Source: Felis catus (taxonomy: Eukaryota). From it: a stretch of 64,000 nucleotides of DNA. The stretch is taken from positions 82,398,001-82,462,000 of the forward strand of contig NC_058385.1 of NCBI RefSeq assembly GCF_018350175.1, in the 5' to 3' direction. Below, one piece after another: positions 43,904 through 57,648 of this stretch (positions are counted from its first letter, which is position 1; each line of letters opens with the position of its first letter). Under the pieces are notes generated by a model. It had not been told where the DNA came from. It was given only the letters and a program-made list of their open reading frames with translations, and did not search any database. The position numbers and the translations under genes are program-made.

Positions 43904-44445
43904 AATAAAGTAATAAACATTTTTTAAAAATAAAGTGTATTAAAATTTTTTTTTAATGTTTATTTATTTTTGAGACACAGACGGAGCATGAGTGAGGGAG
44001 GGGAAGAGAGAGAGGGAGACACAGAATCCGAAGCAGGCTCCAGGCTCCGAGCTGTCAGCACAGAGCCCAACACGGGTCTCGAACTCACAGACCATGAGGT
44101 CATGCCCTGAGCTGAAGTCAGACACTGTACCACCTGCGCCCCCAGGCGCCCCGGGCTTGCATTATTTCTGATGAAAATGTTGCAGTCGTTCTGCCTTTGT
44201 TCTTTTCATAATGTCTTTTTTGCCTCTAAGTGCTTTTAAGTTTTTATCAACGAGGGGCGCCTGGGTGGTTCGGGTGGTTAACTGTCTGACTTTGGCTCAG
44301 GTCATGATCTCATGGTTCGTGGGTTCAAGCCCTGGGTCGGGCTCTGCACTGACTGTGCCTTGCCCGCTTGGGATTCCCTCTCTCTCCCTCTCACTCTGCC
44401 CCTCCCCAGCTTGTGCTTCTTTCTCAAAATAAATAAACTTAAAAA
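43050..44445. mobile_element. Five CanSINEs in alternating orientation (- 43050-43272, + 43326-43557, + 43704-43925, - 43945-44152, + 44254-44445)
   Basis: SINE bodies; the 43326 copy has TSD AAAAGTATCCATCTTT at 43310 and 43558. Confidence 0.88.
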
Positions 44446-45877
44446 AGAAAAACAAAAAAGGTTTCATCAGTGGCTTTCAGCCATTTGGTTATGATGTGCC
44501 TTGCTGTGTTTTTGTTACTATCCGGATTGGAGTTTATTGGCTTCGGATTTGTTGGCTTTGGATTTATTGTCGTCAAATTTGGAATGTTTTCCGTTACAGG
44601 CTCCGTGTGGTGGTGGGTGGGGTTGGGTGGTACAGCAACTAAGTCTTTCCTGCACTGGGGGGTGGTGGTGGCGGGCATGTGCTATGGACCAAGTTGTTGG
44701 GAAGTGGCAGAAGGGGGGAGCTGAGCGCATGTAGTCCTAGGTGGGGAAAGAGGGGGTTGGGGCTAGAGTCTCCGGACCCCAGGGTATACAGGGACTTTGA
44801 TCAGGACTTGGGCTAAGAGGTCTCCCACTGCGCTGGACCGCTGGAATCCAGTCATTCCTTATGTCACTGTCCCCGCACCAAGGGAAGGAGCCAAAGGCAC
44901 GTGCCTGAGCGTGTGCCCTCCTGGGTAGGGTCTCCCCTACCAGGGTAGGGTCTCCCGTCTGTGAACCGGGTCCGCTGTGCTTTCTGTATGGGGTCTGTAC
45001 CCTCTCCCAGCTCTTCCTGGGATGGCTCTAGCCCTCTAGGTCAGCCCTCTGGGGGTCCCCCACTCCCACTTGGTGGGCTAGATCTCCCCAGCTGCCTGAC
45101 GTTTGGCAGGTATTGGGATAACGGCAGCTGTGTCCCGTGCAGAGGGAACGAGGTAGAGACCGCAGGAGAAATAAGATTGGCCCTGGCTATGGTTCAGCAT
45201 CACCTGGGGGGTTTTAACAGCCCCTGGGGTGGCCCTACTGGAGCCCAGGCTGATGTAATTAGCTCAGGCATCCTCCACAGTCACGTTTTTAATCTGCTAC
45301 TTTTTGCGATAACGGTAGATTCACGCCCGTGTGTAAGACGTAATACAGAGTTTCCGTGTTCTGTTTACCCCGATGGCAATGGCAGCATCTTGAAGACCAC
45401 AGTGCCACAGTACAGCCAGGAGATTGACATGGACATCTTCAAGATAACAGAAGAGTTGCTTTCCAGGAAGAACTCACTGTTTTATATCCGTACTCACTTC
45501 TTTTCTGCCTTCAACGCCTCCGTCTCAGCTAGCAACCGTTAAGGTTTTCTGTGTCTATGATTTTGTCATTGCAACAATGTCATATAAATGGAACCATACA
45601 GTATTATGGACTTGACCTGTTGGGGCCAGGTTACCTCCAGCTTCCATGGGTATAAAATCTGGTGTAGGTAGTAGCATAAACAGACATTTATTGGAGTAGA
45701 GCAAAGCCCAGAAATAAACTCTTCTATATATAGTCAGATGATTTTTACCACGGGTGCCAAGAACATTCCGTGGGGAAAGGACAGTCTTTTCAACAAATGG
45801 TGCTGGGAGTACTGGACCTCCACATGCCAAAGAAGGGACATTGGGCCCTTACCTAACACTGTGTGAAAATTAACTGC

Positions 45878-46928
<1,051 letters not shown>

Positions 46929-47112
46929 AAAATTAATTGCAAATGAATCAAAGACCTAAACTTAAGAGCTAAAGCCATAAAACTCCTGGAAGACATAGGG
47001 GAGAAGCTTGACGCACTGAACCTGGTGATGATTTCTTGGATACGCCACCAAAAAGCACAGGCAACAAAAACAAAAATAGATATATGGTACTTCATCAAAA
47101 ATAAAAACTTGA

Positions 47113-47331
47113 GGGGCGCCTGGCTGGCGCAGTCGGTTAAGCGTCCGACTTCAGCCAGGTCACGATCTCGCGGTCCGTGAGTTCAAGCCCCGCGTCGGGC
47201 TCTGGGCTGATGGCTCAGAGCCTGGAGCCTGTTTCCGATTCTGTGTCTCCCTCTCTCTCTGCCCCTCCCCCATTCATGCTCTGTCTCTGTCCCAAAAATA
47301 AATAAACGTTGAAAAAAAAATTAAAAAAAAT
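47113..47331 (+). mobile_element. Young felid SINE with TSD AAAATAAAAACTTG
   Basis: Near-consensus body; TSD at 47098-47111 and 47332-47345. Confidence 0.92.
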
Positions 47332-47536
47332 AAAATAAAAACTTGTGCATCAAAGGGCACTATCAACAAATAAAAAGGCAACTGAACGGGAGAAAAATAT
47401 TTGCACATCACATATCTAAGAAAAGATTAATACCCAGAATATATGAGGAACTCCTAAAAACAGCAACAATAAAACTGAATTTGAAAATGGGCAAAGGACT
47501 TCAATAAACATCTCTCCAAAGAAGATATTTGTGGGG

Positions 47537-47796
47537 CTTTTTTTAAAGTTTATTTATTTATTTTGAGAAAGCGTGAGTGCCAGCAGAGGAGGGGCAGAGA
47601 GAGGGAGAGAAGAAAGTCCCTAGCGGGCTCTGCGCCGTCAGCACCAGAAGCCAATATGGGGCTCGAACTCAAGAAGCCGTGAGATCTTACCGCTTCTCGA
47701 CCTTTTGGCCAAGATCAAGTGAAGAAGCCGTGAGATCTTGACCTGAGCTGAAATCAAGAGTTGGACACTTAAGCAAATGAGCCACCCAAGAGCCCC
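47537..47796 (-). mobile_element. CanSINE interrupted by a U2 fragment
   Basis: SINE body on the minus strand, split at ..GTGAGATCTT|GACCTGAGCTGAAATC. Confidence 0.88.
47689..47721 (+). pseudogene. 3'-truncated (tailless) U2 snRNA retropseudogene, nt 1-33
   Basis: ACCGCTTCTCGACCTTTTGGCCAAGATCAAGTG matches the U2 5' end (ATCGCTTCTCGGCCTTTTGGCTAAGATCAAGTG) at 30/33. It is flanked by a perfect 18-bp TSD AAGAAGCCGTGAGATCTT (47671-47688 and 47722-47739). Confidence 0.93.
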
Positions 47797-48589
47797 TCAA
47801 AGAAGATACTTGAACGGCCAATAATCACACGAGAAGACATTTGATATCCTTAATCACTATGTGAATGAACATCAAAATCACAATGAGATACAACCTCACA
47901 CCCACTGGGATGGCTAGTGTGAAAAATAAGTAACAAGTGCTGGCGAGGATGTGGAGAAATCGGAAGCCTCGTGCACTGCTGGGGGGAATATAAAGGTGCG
48001 GCCCCTTTGGAAAACAGTATGGCTGGTCCTCAAAAATGTTTAAATAGAATTACCATTCGACCCAGCAGTTCCACCTCTGCGTACATAAGGAAGCGAAAGG
48101 AGGGACGTGCAGAGATACTTGCACACCCAGGTCCACAGCACCGTTATTCACAACAGCCGAACAGCCGAACGATGGAAGCCATCCAGCTGTCCTCAAGGGA
48201 CGAGTGGATAAACAAAAGGTGGCTTATCCATACAATGGAATACTACTCCATCTTAACAAAATTCCGGGCACAGGCTGCAACATGAGAGGGGAGGACTTCT
48301 GCTAGGTGAAATAATAAGCCAGTCACGCAGAGCCCAATATTGTACGATTCCACTTAATGTGAGGCATTTAACCATTAAGATCAGAGGGCGAATAATGGTT
48401 GCCAGGGACTGAGTGGGGGGTAGTGGCTGTTTTATGGATACAGAGTTCCTCTTTTGCGAGATCCGGAGTTTGGAGCTTAAATGCAAAACACTGTGACGTA
48501 CCGAATACTAGTGCACTATGCAGTCAAAACTAGTTAAGACGGTCAATTCTAAGTTACGTGTGTTTCAGTTAAAAATAAGAAGGCATAAC

Positions 48590-49810
48590 TGGCGGGCGGG
48601 TTGGGAGCGCGCACCGCAGGGCGCGGTGGGCGGCGGAGCGGGCGTCCAGGTGGCCCCAAGGGAGGCGGCCACCTGCCCACCACGAGGGTCCCAGAGGGAC
48701 TGCGGGCTCTGGAGACGGGCCCCGGGCTCCAGTGGGTGACTGATGGACACCGCAGGACCCAGGGGGAAGGACGCGGCCTGAGCGGCTGGACATGAGAGTT
48801 GGGGGGGGGGGGCGCCCGGTACTGAAAGCTTCGAGAAGCGGCGCCATGGCTGTATTAGTCGCGGGTCCACGCAGCGCCACGCACACCTGGCGAAGGGGCC
48901 GGAGACGCCGGAGCGCCAGCCACTGTAGAGACGCGGCGGAGGGCTGCGGCGGGGAACGAGGCTGGAAGGTGGAGGGGCTCCGCCGGGGGGTGGGGACAGC
49001 TGGGGGACGGGGAGGGGGCCCGGGGGACGGTCGCTGCGGCCGACTGAGCGGCCACCTCGCCCGCCTGGCCGCCCGCGCGCACCACCGAGACGCGCTTCCG
49101 GGCAGGGCGGGAGCGCCGCTTCCGGCGGCGGGAGGAGCACTTCCGCTGGGGAAGTGGGCGGTGGCCTCGGCGGGGCGGGGCGTGGACAGAGGGCGTGCCC
49201 GAACGGCTCCGCCGGGACCGCGACTGTCGCGCCGAGGGCGCAGTGTCCCAAGTCCCCGGCTCTCCACGCCCATCTCTCTGCTCCTCGCCGGCGGCCCCAC
49301 CGGGAAGGTGGCTGTCCCCAGGTGGGAGCCCTTTCCTTCCGCCCGCGCTCCGCCACCGCAGACGCCTAGTGTCCTTGCGGCTGGCGCGCCCGGTTCCCGC
49401 CCTCGGGATCGGCGGCCTGCGCCTCACCGTCTTCCCCACCCGACCCGCTGCCCTCCGAGTTGTCCACCCCGAGGGACCTTTCCAAAATGGAACTTCTCTC
49501 GGTGCTCTCCGGGGCTCCTCCCTCTCCGCGCTCCTCGCCACGCCGCGGCCTGGACGGCTGCGGTGCGGGGGGCCTTGGATGCGGTTCCGGCCGTCGTTCG
49601 TCCGGTGCATCCCCTTCCCCTCTGTTTTCAGCTCACGGGGTCTCACCGGTGGTGGCGCGCCCTGGCGCCCTGTTGGTGGGGCTGCGCTCAGTACTTCGCC
49701 GGGATGGTCATTAAGCCCCGGGGGGGGGGGGGAGCTCAGTGTCTCCTCTAAGCTCTTGGGGACGCGGGCTTGATGCTCTGTGTCGGGCGTTTAGAGACCG
49801 TCGTGGGTCT
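48590..49810. promoter_or_regulatory. CpG island with no recognisable associated coding gene
   Basis: About 1.2 kb of CpG-dense DNA with ETS motifs (CTTCCGG ~49096 and ~49119; ACTTCCG ~49139) and GC boxes (~49170-49182). Confidence 0.8.
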
Positions 49811-49989
49811 TTTAGTGAAACCTTCAAATATTTTGCTCATTTTAAGCTTTCTTTTTATTTCTGTTACTCATGTGTAGGATTTCTAGTTCTGGATAGGAGC
49901 CTTTGCTAAGATACGTGTATTGAGACTATTTTCTCCCAGGCTGCGACTTGCTTTTTCATTGAACTGAGTTTTGATAGGCAGAAAATTAA

Positions 49990-50197
49990 AAATTTTCTTT
50001 GTTTATTTATTTTTGAGAGAGACAGAGTGCGAACAGGGGACGGACGGGCAGAGAGAGGGAGACACAGAATCCGAAGCAGGCTCCAGGCTCTGAGCTGTCA
50101 GCACAGAGTCGGACGTGGGGCTCAGACTCACAGACCACAAGATCATGGCCTGAGCTGAAGTTGGAGGCTTAATCGATTGAGCCACCCAGGCACCCCA
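49990..50197 (-). mobile_element. CanSINE
   Basis: Typical SINE body. Confidence 0.85.
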
Positions 50198-50940
50198 AAT
50201 GTTGTGTTTTTAAGGGAACTTGTTGGCATCTTTTACTCCTCGTGGCTCTTTATGATACTGTTAATGTCTGTACGGTCTATAGTGAGATCTCTTCCTTTCA
50301 TCCCTGATGGGTAACTAGGCATTTTCCTCCAGGTGGTTTGTCTTTTCTCAGGGCATCTCTGGGACTGGCCTCTCCTGCATCTTGGGGCTCTGTCCTTGAC
50401 TTGGCAAAGACACAGGTGCGCACGGCAGCAGGAAACTCGGTGACTCCGAGGAGGATGGCTCTCAACAGAGCTGGGGGCAGAGGCTGGCACTGAGCAGACC
50501 CTGGCTGCACGGTTTAGGGGAGGCTGTGGCTGAGTCCCAAATCCAGTGAGCAACAGACAAGTTCTAGAGGAAGAATAGTGGAGAGTGACAGGCTGCCCCA
50601 CCCCTGCTTTGGGAGAAGGCAGTGACGGGTCCCTGTCTGTGGGAAGGTGCGTGAGAACATTCACATGTGCAGGGCGCGGGTTCGGGCTGTCCTGGTCCTG
50701 TCTCCGCGTGAGGACAGGGCATCCCATCTGGTGCCCACGCCGGCCACGCGTCCCCATCGTGTCTTAGAACCCCGTGCTGACGGTGCCGTCGTGCCACGCA
50801 CCCCCCCCAACTGAACTCACTCATGGGCACCACGTCGTGCCTTCACTCGTCTACAGTCACACTGTGTGCGCTTTGGGCACGTTTGTTCCCAGTGTTATGT
50901 GGCCAGACGCTGGCAGGTGGTCAGAGAGGCCTGTGTGGGC

Positions 50941-51057
50941 AGGCGCCTGGGTGGCTCCGGCGGGTAAACCTCCAAGTCTTGATCTCAGGTCGTGAGTTCA
51001 AACCCCACATTGGGCTCCATGCTGGGTGTGGAGCCTACGTGTAAAAAAAAAAAAAAT
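50941..51057 (+). mobile_element. Short old CanSINE
   Basis: GGCGCCTGGGTGGCTC..GTGAGTTCAAACCCCACATTGGGCTCCATGCTGGGTGTGGAGCCTAC followed by poly-A. Confidence 0.8.
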
Positions 51058-51299
51058 CCGTATTAGGGACGCATTTGCATGTTGACCTATTTGTGGGTGA
51101 AATGACAAGGTGTCGGGGATTTGCTTTAAAATTCTAATAAAAAGAAGACGGACAAAACCATACTGGCGGAATGAGCTGTTGAAACTAGTTGTGTCTGAAA
51201 AGTTTCTTCTTTTTTTCTTATTTTACCGGATGTTTATATTTTCAGTTCATTATTATGTACTGAAGATGATTGAAAACAGCCGTTAAGGCCTTAAGTGAC

Positions 51300-51670
51300 A
51301 GTGCTGGGCCATTCGGCTCGGTCAGCGGCCCGAACACAGCACCACAGACCGGGTGCTGTAAGCCACACGTTTGTTTCTCGCGGCTCTGGAGGCTGGGAGT
51401 CTGAGAGCGGGGCGTCGGCCCGGTCGGGTGCGGGGGAGGCCCCCTTCCTGGCAGGCAGACGGCCGCCTCCCCGCTGTGGGCTCAGGGGGTGGGGGGAGCT
51501 CTGGTGTCTGATCTTATGAGGGCATTTAGCCTGTTGGGGGGACCCTACCCTCATGACCTCGTCTAATCTAATCACCCCCAAAGCGCCACCTCCAAGTACC
51601 ATCCCATTGGGGTTAGGGCTTCAGTGTAGGAATTTGGCGGGGGGGGGGGGGGACAACTCATTCCATAGCA
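51300..51670 (-). mobile_element. MaLR LTR (MLT1A-like)
   Basis: CACCACAGACCGGGTG..TCTGGAGGCTGGGAGTCTGAGA..CCCTCATGACCTCGTCTAATC..CCATCCCATTGGGGTTAGGGCTTCA..TCCATAGCA. Confidence 0.8.
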
Positions 51671-52576
51671 GAATCTTCCCTGGGTCAGTCCTGGCCCGCA
51701 GACCAGCTGGGGAAGGCCTTGCTCCTGCAGGACAGGCGCAGCATGGCTACTGAAGCATAGGGCCTGGGTCCTGAGGCCCCCAGAATGAATGGAAATCCGC
51801 CCAGCGGAGTGCGTGGGTGTCTCTCATTCATAGAATCCAAACGTTTGTAGCAGCGTTTGTATTTCTTTTCCAGTTCAGCGCAGTCGGGCAGGGGAGTGCC
51901 TGGTTTCTTGCCCCCGACCTGTGGAGCTGTAAGGGCCTTCGCGGGACATCCAAGTGCAGGTTCTACCGGCCCGTTCCCCATCTTTGGGCAGTAAGCGCTA
52001 AGGCAGGCGTGCTACGGACCTGAGCCGTATCCTGCAGAAACCGGCTGGCTGTGTGTCGGGGTCACCGGTTTCTGGTTTTTGGTCTTTCACTTCATGATGC
52101 GATGGTGTGGAATTAAATATGAACAATGCAGAATTATGTGATTAGCTACATTCCCTCTGATGACAGCTATGGACCGATCCCAGTGGGCCACCTTGGCGCT
52201 TCGTGGCAGTGGGACGGTGGGAGCGTCAGGCTCCCAGTGGCCCCTCGCTCACCTGTGCCGGCTGCCGAGGCCGCAGCTGTGGGGCGAGTCCCAGTCTGTC
52301 GTCTGGGCTCCGCTTTGGGGCTGTGGCTGGAGAGGCCCTTGAGGGAGCAGTAACGGGCACGTCGGGGGCTCAGGAGGCTGGTGCTCCTGTGCATATCCGT
52401 GCGTGACTTCCCGAGCAAACCACCCTTCAGCACAGCTTGGGGAGGGAACCGTGGCGGTGAAGCAACGGAAAAGCACCGTGAGGTCTGCATGTCAATATCC
52501 CGTCACCGGCACCGCTAACGGTAAAGGGGCGCAAGTCCAGACGGACACAGGAGTGCTTAAACTGAACAAATTTGGG

Positions 52577-52745
52577 GGGCACCTGGGGGGCTCAGTCAGT
52601 TGAGCGTCCGGCTCTGGATTTCAGCTCGGGTCATGATCTCGCAGTTTGTGGGATCGTGCCCCTCCTGGGGCTGTGCGCTGACAGTGCGGAGCCTGCTTCG
52701 GATTCTCTCTCTCCCTCTCTGCCTCTTTGTCTCAAAATAAACATT
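52577..52745 (+). mobile_element. CanSINE
   Basis: Typical SINE body. Confidence 0.85.
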
Positions 52746-54002
52746 TATAGTAAAGTGAACAAATGTTTCTCTTCTTTTTCCTGAAGCCTCCCCCACTCTT
52801 CACTTGTTTTCCCGTGGAACCCTGTGTTCCAGGAACTTGGCATTGATACTTGGTAGGGAGACCCCACCACGGACCCAGCACCGGTCACGACCACCTTGAA
52901 GACAGGACGGAGGCAGCTGGCGGGGCCTACCAGAGGCCCGTGGAAACGTGTAAGACCCCTCAGCCACCTACGCCGGGCAGGTGTGCGGGTTCGAAGGCAT
53001 CGGCCTGTTGCAGCAAAGTCACAAAACTGTCATTCCTCTTTGTCCCCAAAGTCTGTTGTTCGGGTTGTATTTTGGCTCCGGAGCACAGAGGTCGGTTTTC
53101 GATGATCACCGTCCAGAGTGACGGGGTTCTGGAGGCAGGTGGCCCGTAAGGTGAGCCTGGCCAGCAACATGCCCCTCCCCCACCACACCGCCCCTTCTGC
53201 CTGCGCTCGTCTAGGGCAGAGGACACGAGTCCACTCGGGCAGGATAGTGTGCCACTGGGGGCTGGCGGGTGAGCCATGCCGGTGACCTGGCCTTCCCTCT
53301 CCGTGGGGGCCACATTCAGAGCCGCGTGTAGGTTGTCCATGTGGAGCACAGGCTTCCCTCTGCACGTGATTCTGTCCTTGACCCCCTTGGGCAGCGGGCC
53401 CGCAGAGCCTAGCACCCCAGACCCCCCATTTGGGTCCCAGAAGGCCCAGGCTGGTGTGTTGTGTCTCCTCCATCCCTGTCCTTTGTGACACTTGGAAATG
53501 CCTTCAGCCGGAGGCCCCTGGGATCTGACTGTCCGATGTGAAGGTGCAGACGTTCACCCGTCGGGGAGGTGGAGTGAGCTTCTGGGTCCCTCGACCAACA
53601 AATCGGGCAACTTTTGTCTAGAAAAGAGAGCCAAGTGCATGTTGCTTTAGTGAAGTTTATTCCAAGTTACAGTTCAACATCAGCCTCACCCGATAAAGTA
53701 TCTCTGTGGGAACCGGACAAAAAGCCAGAGCCCCCCCCCCCCCCCACCCGGCCCCGGCCCAACGGCTATTTGGTTAGCGGTTCAGCCTGACCCTAGCGCT
53801 CGTCCCGTGCCAGGTAAGTAACACATGATCTTGGTTTGTTTTCCTCGCGGTGGTGGACTCATGCGGCCCATGTCCTTCTCCATGGTTTTGTCCCCATTCT
53901 TTGAACAGCCCTCCTTGTCCCCATTCTTTGAACAGCTTCATGGGGTTCCAGAACACGCGTCCTGCTGGAGGACATCTCCTGGGAGCCTCCTGTATGCACG
54001 TG

Positions 54003-54372
54003 GGTCGTGTCAGTTTCCTGGGGCGGCTGAAACAACAGAACGTGTTGTCTCCGTTCTGCAGTCACAAGCCCGAGGTCGAGGCATCGGCAGGGCCACGCTG
54101 CCTCAGAAACCTCGAGGGGTGGGTCCTCCCTGCCTCAACCTGCCTCTGGTGTTCCTTGGCTCATGGACGCACGGCTCCGGTCTCTGCCTTCGTTGTCATG
54201 GGTGTTTCCCTGCGTGTCTGTGTCTTCACGTGGCCATCTTCTTATAAGGACACCAATGCTGTTGGGTTAGGGCCACCTTATCCGGGGGACTGCATCTGCC
54301 AGAGCCCTATTTCCAAATCAGCTCACATCCCGAAGCTAGGACTTTGGGGGACACAGTTCAATCCACACCCTC
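54003..54372 (-). mobile_element. MaLR LTR (MLT1C/D-like)
   Basis: AAACAACAGAA..GGCAGGGCCACGCT..CTTCTTATAAGGACACCA..TAGGGCCCACC..CCCTATTTCCAAAT..GGGGACACAGTTCAATCCAC. Confidence 0.75.
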
Positions 54373-54824
54373 CATGCAGAATAGGGTCCCAGAATACTGC
54401 CGGCTCAGAGTAGGCCTGCTGTAATCTAGTAGATCCAAAGTTTAGATCCACCGCAATCTCTGGCCCAGCGGCCATGGCCGCCCTCCCCATCCGGGATGAG
54501 GACTTTTGTCCTTTGGGCTTCAATGTCACCTGCTCCCTGACACCTAGCCGGTGCCGGGGTGTTCCTTCCTTATTCTGGTGAGTGGTCGGCCCTTTTCTTT
54601 CAGCTCTTTGTAAAGTTATTCTTTTTCTACTTTACTTGTTGTAAACGTTGCTGTCTCCTAATCGATGGTGTGTCTCAGCATAACGTCTTTCACGTTAATG
54701 TTTCATATCTTTGCGTGGCGATACTTTATGCCTTGAGGTTTTCTTTCTTGTCGAAAAATGCTTCCTAATCTTCAAGATTATGGAATGCTTGCACTACTTT
54801 GTTTTTGCTTTTTGAAAAGAGTTA

Positions 54825-55655
54825 ATGGATTTCCTATTTTTAGAGCATTTTTAGGTTTGCTGAAAAACTGATCAGAAAGTAGTTCCCATATCCCCCTACC
54901 CCCAGTTCCTCCTGTTACTAACATCTTGCATTAGTGTGGTTTACTTGTTATAACTGATGAGCCAATACTGATACGTTCCATAGTTAACCTCAGGGCTCAC
55001 TCTAGGCCCGCACATTCTGCGGGTTTGGACAGACGTGTAATCCGTGTGCCCGATACTGAGAGTGTCACACGGAGTAGCTTCACCGCCCTGAACCCTCTGT
55101 GCTGACTGTCCCTCCCATCCCCCCGACCCCTGGCCCCCACTCGTCTTTTACCGTCTCCACGGTTTTGCCTTTTCCAGAATGTCACAGACTTGGAATCGTA
55201 CCGTGCGTAGCCTTTTCGGACTGGCTTCTTTTACCTCGTAATATGCATCTAGGGCCCCTCCAGGTCTTTTCACGGCTCGACAGCCCGTTCCTACTTAGTG
55301 CCGACCCACATCCCGTTGTCTGGATGGACCACAGGTTGTCCGTTCACCTGCTGACGGACACCTCGGCTGTTCCAGGGTTTGGGGGCTCTGAATGAAGCTG
55401 CTGTGAACACCCGTGTGCAGGTTGTCGTGTGGACACAAGTTTTCAACTCTTTAGGTAAATACCAAGGAACGTGATTCCAGGATCAGGTGGTAAGAGTGTT
55501 TAGTTTGTAAGAAACCGCCAAACTGGTCTTCCAAAGTGGCTGCCACATTTTGTGTCCCCTCCAGCCACGAGTGAGTGTTGCTGCTGCTTTATACCCTCAC
55601 CTGCATGTGGTGGTGTTAGTGTTTTGGATTTTAGCCATTCTAACAAATGTGTGTT
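54825..55655 (-). mobile_element. L1 3' end fragment (antisense)
   Basis: TTTCCAGAATGTCA..TGGAATCGTAC..GACTGGCTTCTTT..AAGCTGCTGTGAACA..GTAAGAAACCGCCAAACTG..TTCCAAAGTGGCTG..TTTAGCCATTCTAA. Confidence 0.8.
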
Positions 55656-57099
55656 TACTTTTTTTTTAATGTTTGGATCTTTAGTCACAAAGAACGACTT
55701 TCTGCTAGCTGAAGCAGCCACATCAATAACAGACAGGCTGTAGGCAGAGGCAAGGAAGAACACAGCAAGGAAGGCAGGCTGATAAAAGGTTCCGTTTACA
55801 GGGAAGAGCTAGTGATCTAAACTTGTACGCAATTAATAATTGCTTCAAAAATACATAAAATAAAAATGATAGAACTGCAAAGAGAAATGGACAAATGCCT
55901 ACTCTGATGTGGCTCATTATTTCACGGAAATCAGTGGGCTAGAGGGTCTTGAGGACGGGGTGTCTGGGCAGAAGAGACATTGGAACGTCAGTTGCCAGAA
56001 GGAATGCCCAGGACGAGGAAGTGTGGGGCGTGCCACTGCTTGTTAGCTTCATAATTGCCCAGAAACTCTATCTTGATGTAACACTTCAAACTAGAATAGG
56101 GGTTTGAACAAGGTCTATATGTTGCATTTAGTGGAAATGTGTCTTAAGTCTGCTAATCCATATCAATGTCCCCTTCCTCTTTAAAAAAAGAATTACTTCC
56201 CACTTATTTCTTGGGAAAAAGCAGTCATTTGCCCTACGGGGGTTTGGATGACTACATCCCTACTCTCTCTTTTAATATGTTCCTGTTTCCCCTGTATTTT
56301 GTATGCATTAGTAGTCACATCCAGAAACTTGATCAGATCAGTTTGTTTCTCATCAAGAGTGCTCTGTGTTGCATTGTGCAGGATTCAATGGCTTCACACC
56401 AGGAGGCACTTGATATCTCTTAGCAAAGTTTGGGTCACTCATGGTGAAAGTTCAGAGGGTCAGCTGAACCCTCCATTATTTTCATTAGTCTTCTACCAAT
56501 TGGCTTTCACTACCATTATGATATTGCCGATTATTTCTTCTGCATTTATTAGATGGAATTCGATACATAACTTCCCTCCACCAATTTATCCTGAAATACA
56601 GTTCATAGGGGAAAGGCAGAATGGATGTATTTTTAGAATAATGGGTTATTGTACTAGCAACCTTCAAGATGACCCATGGAATGGGTGTTAATACTGTTTT
56701 AAGCTCATGCATTTTATTATATTTGATATGTTTCTATTCAGTGCAGCCATTATTCTTTTTGATGTTGAAATTGTTGACTTGTTGGCCATTCAGAGCCTTT
56801 CACTTTTGTCACCCTGTCCCTCTGGCAGGTGTCTCTCTGGGAGCAGCCTTGCTTTGTGGCACAGGAAATCCTAAACTCATTTTGTATTACCTCCTTCCCC
56901 AAATCTCAAAGGAGCCCTAGTTCCTTTTAAACAGAAATGTTGTACTCTTCCAAGGGTGTGTTTACTGCTGGGAGGGGCCCAAGAGCACTGCCCACCCAGG
57001 TCCAGAACATTTAAAGTTTCATGGCGGGGGTGGGGGGTGGGGGTGGGAGAGCTGGCCAAAGCATACAGCTGGGCGAGGACGGGGTTTCCGCCCGCTTCC

Positions 57100-57648
57100 T
57101 CCGAGTGGTTCACCCTCATCGTGCACTGCCCGCGACGACTGAGAACTCCGTTTTAAAACCTGTGATCTGAACTCCTGCCTCCACCGGGCCCAGGTCCAGC
57201 CTGCTTCCACCCGCCCTCTCCATCCCTAGGGCCCTCCCATGCGGGCTGTGAAAATTCACAAAGGGAAACCTCGTTTCGAACGGAGCCGAATGGAGCCGGG
57301 AGGCCAGCAGGGGGAGCTCCCGCTGCCCCACCATCTTGTCAATTGCAGACCCAAGTGGGACCTGGCCGGTCACTACTTCCCAGCCCACCAGGGGCCGCCC
57401 TGCCGGGGGCTCAGCCAAAGCGCAGCCACTACGCTTTCAGCTCCGTTTACTCCAAAGGACGTTTTGTTTACGACAGCACCGCCCAGCTCCCCCTTTCCTC
57501 TATAAAAGAGTGTTCAGCTCCTTTGTTCTGAGGCCGCACCTGTGGTCTAGCCCTCCCCTGCGTGTGTTGGATTGCAATTCTCTGCTATTCCCGAACAAAC
57601 CTATTTCTGCTGGTAAAATACCTGGCCTTTTAATTTTTAAGGTTAACA
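57100..57648 (+). mobile_element. Probable solo ERV LTR (diverged)
   Basis: TATAAAA at 57501, a degenerate poly-A signal AACAAA at ~57594, and an end ..TTTTTAAGGTTAACA; the 5' boundary is unclear. Confidence 0.45.

Noticed and set aside
48565-49773. Several 190-320 aa ORFs on both strands of the orphan CpG island
   Set aside because: Arg/Pro/Gly/Ala-rich with no recognisable motifs; artefact of stop-codon scarcity.
53888-53936. 22-bp direct repeat TTGTCCCCATTCTTTGAACAGC, two copies at 27-bp period
   Set aside because: Simple local tandem duplication; not an array or CRISPR-like structure.
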